64,000 nucleotides of DNA from Alphaproteobacteria bacterium. GTDB lineage: Bacteria > Pseudomonadota > Alphaproteobacteria > Bin95. Shown here piece by piece: positions 49,999-58,911 of the stretch. The notes beneath the pieces were generated by a model. It did not search any database. It had not been told where the DNA came from and saw only the letters and a program-made list of their open reading frames with translations. Each line of letters opens with the position of its first letter. Position 1 is the stretch's first letter. The DNA lies in NCBI GenBank assembly GCA_965205265.1, contig CBDBGH010000003.1, positions 2,432,001 to 2,496,000 on the forward strand. The letters are read 5' to 3'. Position numbers and translations under genes: made by a program.

Positions 49999-50304
49999 TT
50001 AACCCGACGCGCGCAGCCGGTCATCGGTATCGAGCGTAGGCAGGCGGGCAATCTCCACTCCGCTCTTTCGCTCCGCCAGCCGCAATTCGTAGAGCTTTTG
50101 AAGGTTCAGCCAGAACTCGCCGGACGTCCCAAAGAAACGGCCCAGGCGCAGCGCCGTGTCCCCGGTGACGGCGCGGCGCCCGTTCAGGATTTCGGTAATC
50201 CGGTTTACCGGAACCTCAATCCGCCGGGCCAGTTCGGCCGCGCTCATGCCCAGCGCATCGAGGTCCTCCCTCAGGGTCTCGCCCGGATGGATGGGGTCAC
50301 GCAT
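49999..50304 (-). CDS. higA: HigA family antitoxin
   Basis: PIHPGETL, RITEILNGRRAVTGDTALRLGRFFGTSGEFWLNLQ. Confidence 0.93.
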   Translation of the reverse strand: MRDPIHPGETLREDLDALGMSAAELARRIEVPVNRITEILNGRRAVTGDTALRLGRFFGTSGEFWLNLQKLYELRLAERKSGVEIARLPTLDTDDRLRASG

Positions 50305-50321
50305 CGCGATGAGCCTCCTCG

Positions 50322-50603
50322 TCAGTGGTAATCGACAATTTCCACGTCTGTCGGGCCGGAGCTTCCATCCGGCCACCTAAAGCAAATCCGCCACTGGTCA
50401 TTGATCCGTATACTCCATTGCCCCCGTCGCCGGCCTCTCAGGGCTTCGAGTCGATTGCCCGGCCGCGCCAGGTCGCGCAGACCGGTCGCTGCATCGAGTT
50501 GGTCCAGCTTGCGCGAGGCGGTGCGCGCAAAGCCGGAAAAGGCCGGAACCCTGCGGCCCCGGTAGAACGCTTCCGTCCTCTTGTCCCCGAAGCCAACGAT
50601 CAA
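50322..50603 (-). CDS. higB: HigB (RelE-like) toxin
   Basis: RKLDQLDAA, PGNRLEAL, WSIRINDQWRICFRW, VEIVDYH; TTG start. Confidence 0.93.
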   Translation of the reverse strand: MIVGFGDKRTEAFYRGRRVPAFSGFARTASRKLDQLDAATGLRDLARPGNRLEALRGRRRGQWSIRINDQWRICFRWPDGSSGPTDVEIVDYH

Positions 50604-50655
50604 TGCGCTTCCAGCCGGGCTACCGCCAACCCGACGACCTTAGGTGCTCGATCCG

Positions 50656-50674
50656 CATTACGTCAAGCGTAATG
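50656..50674 (-). promoter_or_regulatory. Probable HigA operator overlapping the -35 box
   Basis: CATTACG-N5-CGTAATG dyad containing TTGACG on the minus strand, upstream of higB. Confidence 0.65.
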
Positions 50675-50729
50675 GCTTGTCATCCCGACTCGCGCTGCCC
50701 GGCGGCTGTAGCCCGAACCTTGCAGGCGT

Positions 50730-51503
50730 TCACGCCGTCCAAATGTCCCGGCTTCGGAACACCCGCTTCAGGAGCTCCGCCTCGTCGGTCATGATCCCGT
50801 CCACGCCGAGATCGAGCAGGCGGTTCATCTCCGCTTCCCCGTTGATGGTCCAGGCATGCACCGGCAGCCCGCGGGCGTGCGCGGCCGCCATGAACGCGCG
50901 GTCGATGACCGGAACGCCGTAGCGGTGCGTCGGGACCTGCACGCAATCGGCCGCAAAGCCGCCGGGAGGCAGGCCGCGGCCGGCCAGCCAGAGACGGACG
51001 GCTTCGGCCGTGCCCATGGACGTGCAGAGCCGGTCGCCGGCCGCCGCCCGGATGCGGCGAAGACGCCGGCTGGATGACGAGCCCACGCAAACCCGGTCCC
51101 ACGCGCCGGTGTCCCGGAGAACATCGAGCAGGGGTCCGGCGGCGCTGTCCTGCTTCGGGTCTATGTTGACCCTGAGCCACTCCCAGGTCGTCAACAGCTC
51201 CTCGAGGCGCGGAATCGGTTCCCGTCCGCAGACGCGGACGCGGCGAAGCTCCGGCCAGTTCATCTCCGAGAGGGCGCCGCGCCTGTCCGTGAGGCGGTCC
51301 AGGCGGCTGTCGTGAAACACGACCGGGACGTTGTCGGCGGTGGCGTGAACGTCGGTCTCGACAATCCGGTAGCCGAGCTCGACCGCGGCGGCGAAGGCGG
51401 CCATCGTGTTTTCGGGATAGCGGGCGGAGTATCCGCGATGCGCGATGGCCGCCGGCAGCGGATGGCCGGGATGGCGGAGAAACGGATGCAGGTCGCGCGT
51501 CAT
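50730..51503 (-). CDS. Glycerophosphodiester phosphodiesterase
   Basis: IAHRG, PENTMAAF, ETDVH, VFHD, HAWTIN, GIMTD. Confidence 0.92.
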   Translation of the reverse strand: MTRDLHPFLRHPGHPLPAAIAHRGYSARYPENTMAAFAAAVELGYRIVETDVHATADNVPVVFHDSRLDRLTDRRGALSEMNWPELRRVRVCGREPIPRLEELLTTWEWLRVNIDPKQDSAAGPLLDVLRDTGAWDRVCVGSSSSRRLRRIRAAAGDRLCTSMGTAEAVRLWLAGRGLPPGGFAADCVQVPTHRYGVPVIDRAFMAAAHARGLPVHAWTINGEAEMNRLLDLGVDGIMTDEAELLKRVFRSRDIWTA

Positions 51504-51617
51504 GTCTTCACCCCCGGACGGTCGGAGCGGCTCCGGCAAGGATAAGGCCCGATCCGGGTCCGGCGGAAATCGCGTAAGCTGGCGCCGCCCGGCATTCGGG
51601 AATCGGGAGGGAACAGC

Positions 51618-52532
51618 ATGGCGAGACCCTGGCGCGGCGTGTGGCCGGTCGTTCCGACCGTCTTCACCGAAACCGGAGACCTCGACCTCGATGGCCAGAG
51701 GCGGGTCATCGACTGCATGGTGGACCAGGGCTCGGACGGGCTCTGCATCCTCGCCAACTATTCCGAGCAGTTCCTGATCTCGGACGAGGAGCGCGAGACG
51801 CTTGCCCGGACCTGCCTGGAGCATGTCGCGGGCCGCCTGCCGGTCATTGTCGCCGCCTCGCATTTCTCGACCCGCATCGTGGTGGAGCGCTGCCGCCGGG
51901 CGGCGGAGCTCGGCGCAGCGATGGTCATGCTGATGCCGCCCTATCACGGGACCGGACTAAGAGGCACGGAGACGCAGACATACGAGCAGTTCGCACAGGC
52001 CGCCGGGGCGGGCCTGCCGATCATGGTGCAGGACGCGCCGCTCTCGGGCGTGACGCTCTCCGTGCCGTTCCTCGCCCGGCTCGCGAAGGAGATCGGCGGG
52101 GTCGCCTATTTCAAGATCGAGACGCCGCAGGCCGCGGCCAAGCTGCGCGCGCTCGTCCGCGCGGGCGGCGAGGTGATCGAGGGGCCGTTCGACGGCGAGG
52201 AGGCGATCGCCCTGATGGCCGACCTCGACGCCGGCGCCACCGGCACCATGCCGAGCGCGCTGCTGCCGGACCTGCTGAAGCCCGTGGTGGACGCCCACCG
52301 CGACGGCCGCCGCGAGGAAGCCGCCGCCGCCTATGCCCGCGTGCTGCCGCTCGTCAACTACGAGAACCGCCAGTGCGGCCTGCGCGCTTCGAAGGCCGCC
52401 ATGAAGGCCGGCGGCGTCATCCGCTCCGACCATGTCCGCGCCCCGCTCGCGCCTCTGGAGCCGGAGGTTCTCTCCGGTCTCATGGAACTCGCCCGCCCGC
52501 TCGACCTGCTGGCGCTGCGCTGGGGGCTTTGA
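51618..52532 (+). CDS. DHDPS-family enzyme, L-2-keto-3-deoxyarabonate dehydratase-like
   Basis: LANYSEQF, MPPYHG, MVQDAP, FKIET, DGEEAI. Confidence 0.82.
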   Translation: MARPWRGVWPVVPTVFTETGDLDLDGQRRVIDCMVDQGSDGLCILANYSEQFLISDEERETLARTCLEHVAGRLPVIVAASHFSTRIVVERCRRAAELGAAMVMLMPPYHGTGLRGTETQTYEQFAQAAGAGLPIMVQDAPLSGVTLSVPFLARLAKEIGGVAYFKIETPQAAAKLRALVRAGGEVIEGPFDGEEAIALMADLDAGATGTMPSALLPDLLKPVVDAHRDGRREEAAAAYARVLPLVNYENRQCGLRASKAAMKAGGVIRSDHVRAPLAPLEPEVLSGLMELARPLDLLALRWGL

Positions 52533-52559
52533 GGGGCGTTGGCCGGAACGCCCGGACTC

Positions 52560-52588
52560 TTGATTGATTGTAAACTGTAGTTTACATT
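52560..52588 (+). promoter_or_regulatory. Promoter with operator of the RelE/HI1420 module
   Basis: TTGATT-N17-TACATT enclosing the dyad TGTAAACT-GT-AGTTTACA. Confidence 0.7.
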
Positions 52589-52594
52589 TCGGGC

Positions 52595-52891
52595 ATGATC
52601 GAAATCGTCGAAAGCTCTACCTTCAAGAGGTGGCTTCGCGATTTGCGGGACCGGGGCGCGGTCGCCCGAGTTAATGCAAGACTGCGGAACATATCGCTTG
52701 GAAATTTTGGCGATGCGAGGAACCTGGGCGGCGGCATATCCGAGATGCGCATTCACCACGGACCCGGCTACCGCCTCTATTTCATGCGCGACGGGACAAC
52801 TGCAGTCATGCTTTGCGGTGGCGACAAGGACAGCCAGCAGCGAGACATCCCGCGCGCCAGACGCTTGGCAATGGGTTGGAGGCAGGCATGA
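52595..52891 (+). CDS. RelE/ParE-type addiction module killer (HI1419-like)
   Basis: F.RWL..LRD, GNFGD, GISEMRIHHGPGYRLYF, LCGGDKDSQQRDI. Confidence 0.92.
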   Translation: MIEIVESSTFKRWLRDLRDRGAVARVNARLRNISLGNFGDARNLGGGISEMRIHHGPGYRLYFMRDGTTAVMLCGGDKDSQQRDIPRARRLAMGWRQA

Positions 52892-53175
52892 CCGAAACTT
52901 TCACGCGATGGGACGCCGCAGAGCATCTTCACGACAAGGAGGATGCGCGTCTTTATCTCGAAGCCTGCGCGGAGGAGGACCCCGGCGATGGCAGCCTGGT
53001 CCGCGCTGCGTTGAACGACATCGCCCGCGCACAGAACATGAGTCGTCTCGCGCGGGACGCCGGCATGACACGCGAGGGGCTCTACAAGGCGTTGTCGGAA
53101 AACGGAAACCCGACCTTCGCCACCGTCATGCGGATTACCCGCGCGCTGGGAATGCATCTGCGCTTCACGACATAG
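52888..53175 (+). CDS. Addiction module antidote (HI1420-like HTH)
   Basis: WDAAEHL, ALNDIARA..MSRLARDAGMTREGLYKALS..GNPTF. Confidence 0.92.
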   Translation: MTETFTRWDAAEHLHDKEDARLYLEACAEEDPGDGSLVRAALNDIARAQNMSRLARDAGMTREGLYKALSENGNPTFATVMRITRALGMHLRFTT

Positions 53176-53199
53176 TGCAAGGCCGGGAGGCAACCGGCT

Positions 53200-53709
53200 A
53201 TGAGCCCCCGCATTCAAGCGCATACGGCCGGCTCCATCCGCCCGGAGACCGCCGATGACCGGGAGGCGGTAAAGCAGCTCCTGCTGGCGGCGTTTCCGAC
53301 CTCCGACGAGGCGAGGCTTGTGGAACGGCTTCGCGGGGACGGGGATGCGGTGCTGTCGCTGGTTGCCGTCGAGGCGGAGGCGGTCGTCGGCCATGTGCTG
53401 TTTTCGCGGCTGCGCGCGCCGGCCGCCGCCCTTGCCCTGGCGCCGCTCGCGGTTGCGGCGGGATGCCGGCGGCGGGGCATCGGCGCGCGGCTGGTCGAGG
53501 CGGGACTCGACCGGGCGAAGCGGGAGGGCTGGCGGGCCGTTATCGTGCTGGGCGATCCGGCCTATTACAGCCGCTTCGGCTTCCGGCCGGAAGCGGTGCG
53601 CGGCATGGCCTCCCCCTATGCCGGCCCCGCCTTGACGGGGCTTGCGCTCGCGGAAGGCGGCCTGAGCGGTCCCCGCATCGAGCACGCCCCGGCCTTCGCC
53701 TCCCTGTAG
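53200..53709 (+). CDS. GNAT acetyltransferase (YhbS-like)
   Basis: IRPE, EARLVERLR, LAPLAV, RRRGIG, LGDPAYYSRFGF. Confidence 0.9.
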   Translation: MSPRIQAHTAGSIRPETADDREAVKQLLLAAFPTSDEARLVERLRGDGDAVLSLVAVEAEAVVGHVLFSRLRAPAAALALAPLAVAAGCRRRGIGARLVEAGLDRAKREGWRAVIVLGDPAYYSRFGFRPEAVRGMASPYAGPALTGLALAEGGLSGPRIEHAPAFASL

Positions 53710-53733
53710 CGCCCGCCCCTCTGGTGCACGATT

Positions 53734-53903
53734 CTTTCAGGCTGAAACGAACGTCCGGCCGTCCCTCGATACGCGGCTGGCGCCGCTACTCGGGATGAGG
53801 AAATTCTTGGAACTCTGCCTTCCTGCCTTCCCTCACCCTGAGTAGTGCCCGCGCCAGCGGGTGCGTATCGAAGGGCGGCTGCCGCTCCGGTTCAACCTGA
53901 AAG
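53734..53903. repeat. Long imperfect inverted repeat (two inverted copies of a REP-like unit)
   Basis: CTTTCAGGCTGAA...TCGATACGC..GCTGGCGC..CTACTCGGGATGAGG mirrored by CCTCACCCTGAGTAG..GCGCCAGC..GCGTATCGA...TTCAACCTGAAAG. Confidence 0.8.
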
Positions 53904-53912
53904 GGTCCTGCT

Positions 53913-55004
53913 CTAGCCCGGCCGGTGGCCCGCCAGCGCCTCCCAGTCGAAGGCGATGCCGTGGCCGGGGCGGTCGGGGGCGCGGGCGTAGCCGTCTTCG
54001 ACCGTCAGCGGGTCCGCCATGAACTGGTCGAGGCCGAAGGCGTGCCATTCCAGATAGGCCGCGTTCGGGGCCGCGGCGAGCAGGTGGATATGCAGGTCGT
54101 GCGCGCCGTGGCTCATCACCGGCAGGCCGTTCGCCTCGGCGAGCCGGGCCACCTTCATGAAGGGCGTGACGCCGCCGCATGTGGTGAGGTCGGGCTCGGG
54201 AAAATCGACCCCGCCCGCGCCGATGAGCGCGGCGAACTCCGCGAGCGTGTGGTGGTTCTCGCCCGCCGCCAGCGGCACCTTGCCCATCGCGCGCAGATGC
54301 GCGTAGCCGACGGTGTTGTCGGGCGCAATCGGCTCCTCCAGCCAGACGAGGTCGAAGGGCTGCAGCTGGGTCATGGCGCGCATCGCCTGCTCCACCCGCC
54401 AGGCCTCGTTCGCATCCGCCATCAGCTCGATCTCGTCCGGCAGGCGGTCGCGCATCGCCTCCACGCGCGCGATGTCCTCCCTGAGCGTCGGGCGGCCGAG
54501 CCGCATCTTGACCGACCGGAAGCCCGCCTCGACGCTCGCCATGCCGCCCGCCAGCAGCCTGTCCACCGGGAAGTTGAGGTCGATATTGCCGGCATAGGCG
54601 CGCACGCTCGGGTTCGCCCCGCCGAGCAGGCGCCAGAGCGGGGAGCCCAGCCTGTTGCCCTTCAGGTCCCAGAGCGCGACATCCACCGCCGCCATCGCGA
54701 AGCCTGTGGCCCCGCCGCGCCCGGCATAGTGGTGGCGCTTGTAGAGGTCCCGCCAGATCGCCTCGATCAGGTCCGGGTCCTTGCCCTCGATGCTGGAGCG
54801 GAAGGAGCCGTCGCACATCGCCGCGATCGGGCCGCCCTGCCCTTCATGCATCACGGTGTAGCCCACCCCCGACGCGCCGTCGCTGTCGGTAATCCGCGCC
54901 GTCACCATGTCGAAGGCGGTCATCACGCCCGCGGCCGAGGCCTCCATCACCACCGGCAGCGGCAGGCGGAACAGGTCGATGTCCAGCTTGTCGATTGTCG
55001 CCAC
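53913..55004 (-). CDS. Mandelate racemase/muconate lactonizing enzyme family protein
   Basis: AVDVALWDLKG, KMRLG, MADANE, WLEEP, AAGEN; probable GTG start. Confidence 0.9.
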   Translation of the reverse strand: MATIDKLDIDLFRLPLPVVMEASAAGVMTAFDMVTARITDSDGASGVGYTVMHEGQGGPIAAMCDGSFRSSIEGKDPDLIEAIWRDLYKRHHYAGRGGATGFAMAAVDVALWDLKGNRLGSPLWRLLGGANPSVRAYAGNIDLNFPVDRLLAGGMASVEAGFRSVKMRLGRPTLREDIARVEAMRDRLPDEIELMADANEAWRVEQAMRAMTQLQPFDLVWLEEPIAPDNTVGYAHLRAMGKVPLAAGENHHTLAEFAALIGAGGVDFPEPDLTTCGGVTPFMKVARLAEANGLPVMSHGAHDLHIHLLAAAPNAAYLEWHAFGLDQFMADPLTVEDGYARAPDRPGHGIAFDWEALAGHRPG

Positions 55005-55105
55005 GGTCCCGGTCCCCCCTCTGGCCTGCATGCGGCGGTCTTGTTGCCGGGATAATTCACCATGCGCTATAGGGAGGCAACCGGAGGCCAGCGGAGCCAG
55101 CGCCC

Positions 55106-56185
55106 ATGCCCTACGATGCCGACCGCCTGCACGAGGTTCCCGACGACCCGCTCGCCGCCATCGACTATTGCTACGAGCAGGGTTGGACCGACGGCCTGCC
55201 CGTCGTGCCGCCGGCGCCCGGGCGCGTCGAAGAGATGCTGGGCTATGAGGGCCGCCCGCCCGAGACGCCCATCGCCCACCACCCGGCGACGGGGCTGGAA
55301 TGCACTGTCCATGCCGCGGCGGTCAACGCCGTCATGGCCGGCTGCCGGCCCGAATATTTCCCGGTTCTGGTCGCGGCCTTCGAGGCCATGAACGAGCCCG
55401 GCTTCAACTTCCACGGCTCGACCGCCTCCACCGGCGGCTCGGCCCCGCTGCTGGTCGTCAGCGGCCCCGTCGCCGACGACATCGGCATGAACGCGGACGT
55501 GAACCTGTTCGGCCCCGGCAACCGCGCCAACGCCACCATCGGCCGCGCCGTGCGCCTCATCCTGATGAACGTCTTCCGGATGGTCCCCGGCATTTCCGAC
55601 AAATCGACCCAGGGCCATCCGGGCAAGTTCAGCTTCTGCATCGCGGAGCGCAGCCGCGGCAATCCCTGGCCGCTCTTGTGCGAGGAGCAGGGCTATCCGG
55701 AAGGGGTGAGCAGCGTCACGGCGTTCGCCGGCGGCGGCTTCTGCAATATCGAGAATCACGGCGGCAACACGCCGGAGCACATCCTGGCGACGGTGGCCGA
55801 CGCCATGGCGAATTACGGCTGCATCACGCTCGGCCAGTCCGTCGTGGTGCTGGCGCCGGAGCATATGCGCATCCTCGCCGGCGCCGGCTGGACGCGGAAA
55901 GAGGCGCAGGAATACCTGTTCGCCCATGCGAGCCGCCCGGTCGAGGGCATGAAGGCCGTCGGCAAGCACCGTGACGTCGAATACGGGAAGCAGCACGGCG
56001 AGGAGGGCGCGCACCCGCTGGCGGGCGACGGCAGGTTCCACCGCGGCCTCGGCCCCGACGACATCCTCATCCTGATGGGCGGCGGCGACGCCGGCGGCCA
56101 TTCCAGCTTCATCCCCTCCTGGAGCCGCGGCCGCGGCTCGCTCATGCAGTCGAAACCCATCGGCGTGTGCATCGACTGCGAGTAG
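55106..56185 (+). CDS. Conserved protein typically found with UGSC selenoproteins; C-terminal CxxC
   Basis: GWTDGLPVVPP, AVNAVMAGC.PEY.PV, PGNRANATIGRA, AE...PW; ends GVCIDCE. Confidence 0.75.
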   Translation: MPYDADRLHEVPDDPLAAIDYCYEQGWTDGLPVVPPAPGRVEEMLGYEGRPPETPIAHHPATGLECTVHAAAVNAVMAGCRPEYFPVLVAAFEAMNEPGFNFHGSTASTGGSAPLLVVSGPVADDIGMNADVNLFGPGNRANATIGRAVRLILMNVFRMVPGISDKSTQGHPGKFSFCIAERSRGNPWPLLCEEQGYPEGVSSVTAFAGGGFCNIENHGGNTPEHILATVADAMANYGCITLGQSVVVLAPEHMRILAGAGWTRKEAQEYLFAHASRPVEGMKAVGKHRDVEYGKQHGEEGAHPLAGDGRFHRGLGPDDILILMGGGDAGGHSSFIPSWSRGRGSLMQSKPIGVCIDCE

Positions 56186-56204
56186 GCGGGGCACGCGGAA
56201 GACC

Positions 56205-56441
56205 ATGAGCGACAACCGGCAGTTCGACGAGGATGAGGCGCGGAGCCTCAAGTCGGGCGTCGTGGACGATGACAAGCGCGAGGACGGCGCGGTCGAGGAA
56301 GACATGGACGCCAAGCGCGCCGCCTTCTGGGCCATGGTCGATCCCTTGCGGCGTGCGACGGAGGGGCGCGAACATACGCCTGCCGAGGAGTTGATCCGCG
56401 GAGACCGCGACCGCGGCCACCGCCCCCATCTCGGCTTCTGA
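56205..56441 (+). CDS. Hypothetical protein, possibly a decayed FitA/VapB-like antitoxin
   Basis: C-terminal TPAEELIRGDRDRG resembles antitoxin tails; no toxin adjacent. Confidence 0.45.
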   Translation: MSDNRQFDEDEARSLKSGVVDDDKREDGAVEEDMDAKRAAFWAMVDPLRRATEGREHTPAEELIRGDRDRGHRPHLGF

Positions 56442-56590
56442 AGGGTTCGACCGTGGGCGCCACATCCTCGCCCCGGCCCGGATCGCCGCGCTGCCAGGGG
56501 TGACAATCGGGGTTCCCGGCCGCAACATGCGGCCTCAATTGACGGGCGTGGATCGGGGCCCGGAACGACAACCGACTGGAGACGACAGGC

Positions 56591-57115
56591 ATGCTTCTTT
56601 GCGACCCCACGGTTCCGGGGCCGGAGCGGAACCTCTCCCGCGCGGCGGCGCTGGCCGGGCTGGAGGGCCGGACCGTCGGCCTTCTGGAGAACGGCAAGCT
56701 CAACGCCGTTTCCATGCTCCGCGAGACCGCCCGGCTCTTCGAGCAACGGCACGGCTGCACGGTGGTGCCGATCTGGTCCAAGTGGAACGCCAGCGCGCCC
56801 GCGCCCGAGGAGACGCTGCGGGAGGCGGCGGACAAGGTCGATTTCCTGATAACGGGACTGGGCGACTGAGGCTCCTGTTCGACGTGCAGTTTGCATGACG
56901 GCATCAGCTTCGAGCAGCTCGGCAAGCGCGCGGCGGTCATCTGCACCGAACCCTTCGAGGTGACGGCGCGGAACATCGCCCGGACGCTGGGCCTCCCGGA
57001 CTATCCCTTCATCACGGTCGAGCATCCCATCGGCAGCCGCCGGCCGGACGAGATCCGGGTCCTGGCCGAAGCGGCCTACCGGCAGGCCCTGCCGATCCTG
57101 ACCGCGGCCGCCTGA
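56591..57115 (+). CDS. UGSC-family selenoprotein (UGA 56867-56869 read as Sec; 174 aa)
   Basis: Two in-frame ORFs join as LENGKLNA...GLGD-U-GSCSTCSLHD...VEHPIG; SECIS-like hairpin follows the UGA. Confidence 0.85.
56879..56901 (+). promoter_or_regulatory. Bacterial SECIS-like hairpin
   Basis: UCG-A-CGUGCA-GUU-UGCAUG-A-CGG starting about 10 nt after the UGA, with G in the apical loop. Confidence 0.65.
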
Positions 57116-57152
57116 GCGGCCCCGCAATCTCCGCCCCAGGGAGGCCAGAAGC

Positions 57153-58793
57153 GTGACCGCCACGATCTATTCCGCGCGCAAGATCGTCACCATGAACCCG
57201 GCCCGCCCGCACGCCAGCCATGTGGCGGTGCGGGAGGGACGCATCCTCGGCGCCGGGACGCTGGAGGAGCTGGCCGGCTGGGGCGACTACCGGCTGGACG
57301 ACCGCTTCGCGGACAAGGTGCTGATGCCGGGCCTTGTGGAAGGCCACAGCCATGTCATGGAAGGCTCGCTCTGGGCCTATGTCTATTGCGGCTTCTTCGA
57401 CCGCATGGACCCCGAAGGCAGGGTCTGGGCGGGCCTCAAGTCCATCGACGCCGTGGTCGAACGGCTCGCCGAGGCGGCGGGAGCGCTGGACGACCCGGCG
57501 GCGCCGCTCGCCGGCTGGTCGCTCGACGCGATCTACTATGGCGGCCGGCGCGTGAACCGCCACGACCTCGACCGGGTCTCGACGGAGCGCGCCGTCGGCG
57601 TGCTGAACGCCTCCGGCCATATCCTCAATGTCAACACGAAGGCGCTGGAGCGCGCCGGGCTGCTGCGCGCAGGCGTCAACCATCCCGGCATCCCGCTCGG
57701 CGCGGACGGCCTGCCGACCGGCGAGATGAAGGGGCCGGACGCGATGGCCCCGCTCGGCGTCCATACCGGCTTCGACCGCGACCTCCTGGCCTGCGACGAG
57801 CCGGGCCTGCGCCGCTTCGCGAAACTCTGCGTGCGCACCGGCGTCACCACCGCCGCCGACCTCGCCAACCTGCTGCCGGAAGACGCGGTCGAAATGATGC
57901 TGCGCGTGACAAGCGAGCCGGACTACCCGGCGCGCATCGTCTCGCTCCGGCGCTTCTACGGCCTGACTCCCGAAGAGCTGATCGACCGCGCGCTGGAACT
58001 GAAGGGCCGCAGCCGGGACAGGCTCCGCCTCGGCATCATCAAGGTGGTGGCGGACGGCTCGATCCAGGGCTTCTCCGCCCGGCTGCGCTGGCCCGGCTAT
58101 TACAACGGCGCGCCGGAAGGGCTCTGGTACGTGCCGCCGGAGCACCTGCTGGAGATCTACGAGCGAGCGCTCGCCGCCGGCCTCCAGGTCCACACCCACA
58201 CCAATGGCGACGAGGCGACCGACCTCGCGCTCGACTGCATGGAAACGGCGCTGCGCAAGCATCCCGCGCCCGACCACCGCTTCACCCTCCAGCACTGCCA
58301 GCTTGCCGACGCCGCGCAGTTCCGCCGTATCCGCGCCCTCGGCCTCTGCGTCAACCTCTTCCCCAACCACCATTTCTACTGGGGCGACCAGCATTACGCC
58401 GTCACGGTCGGGCCGGAGCGCGCCGAGCGGATGAACGCCGGCGCAACGGCGCTCCGCGAGGGCGTGCCGCTCGCCATCCACTCCGATGCGCCGGTGACGC
58501 CGCTGGGCCCGCTCTTCACCGCCTGGTGCGCCGTCAACCGCCGCACGGCCTCCGGGCGCACCCTCGGCGAACAGGAGCGGATCGGCGCCGGCGACGCACT
58601 CCGCACGATCACCCTGGGCGCGGCCTACACGCTCGGGCTCGACGGCGAGGTGGGCTCCATCGAGACCGGCAAGCGCGCCGATTTCGCCGTGCTGGAGAAC
58701 GACCCGGAGACTATCGGCGGCGAGCGGCTGAAGGATGTGCGCGTCTGGGGCACCGTCCAAGGCGGCCGCATCTTCCCGGCCGCCGATCTTTGA
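57153..58793 (+). CDS. YtcJ-like amidohydrolase (Amidohydro_3)
   Basis: PGLVEGHSH, DGSIQG, HTHTNGD, QHCQ, HSDAPV, GSIETGKRADF. Confidence 0.9.
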   Translation: MTATIYSARKIVTMNPARPHASHVAVREGRILGAGTLEELAGWGDYRLDDRFADKVLMPGLVEGHSHVMEGSLWAYVYCGFFDRMDPEGRVWAGLKSIDAVVERLAEAAGALDDPAAPLAGWSLDAIYYGGRRVNRHDLDRVSTERAVGVLNASGHILNVNTKALERAGLLRAGVNHPGIPLGADGLPTGEMKGPDAMAPLGVHTGFDRDLLACDEPGLRRFAKLCVRTGVTTAADLANLLPEDAVEMMLRVTSEPDYPARIVSLRRFYGLTPEELIDRALELKGRSRDRLRLGIIKVVADGSIQGFSARLRWPGYYNGAPEGLWYVPPEHLLEIYERALAAGLQVHTHTNGDEATDLALDCMETALRKHPAPDHRFTLQHCQLADAAQFRRIRALGLCVNLFPNHHFYWGDQHYAVTVGPERAERMNAGATALREGVPLAIHSDAPVTPLGPLFTAWCAVNRRTASGRTLGEQERIGAGDALRTITLGAAYTLGLDGEVGSIETGKRADFAVLENDPETIGGERLKDVRVWGTVQGGRIFPAADL

Positions 58794-58911
58794 GGCGGCC
58801 CCGAAGCGGCTTTCAACGGCGCCGCCGCGCGCCTATATTGGAAAACTACCGGCGACCGGCCGCTAGTCCCCTGCGGCGCCCGGTCGCTTCCGCAACACCG
58901 GATGCGCATTC

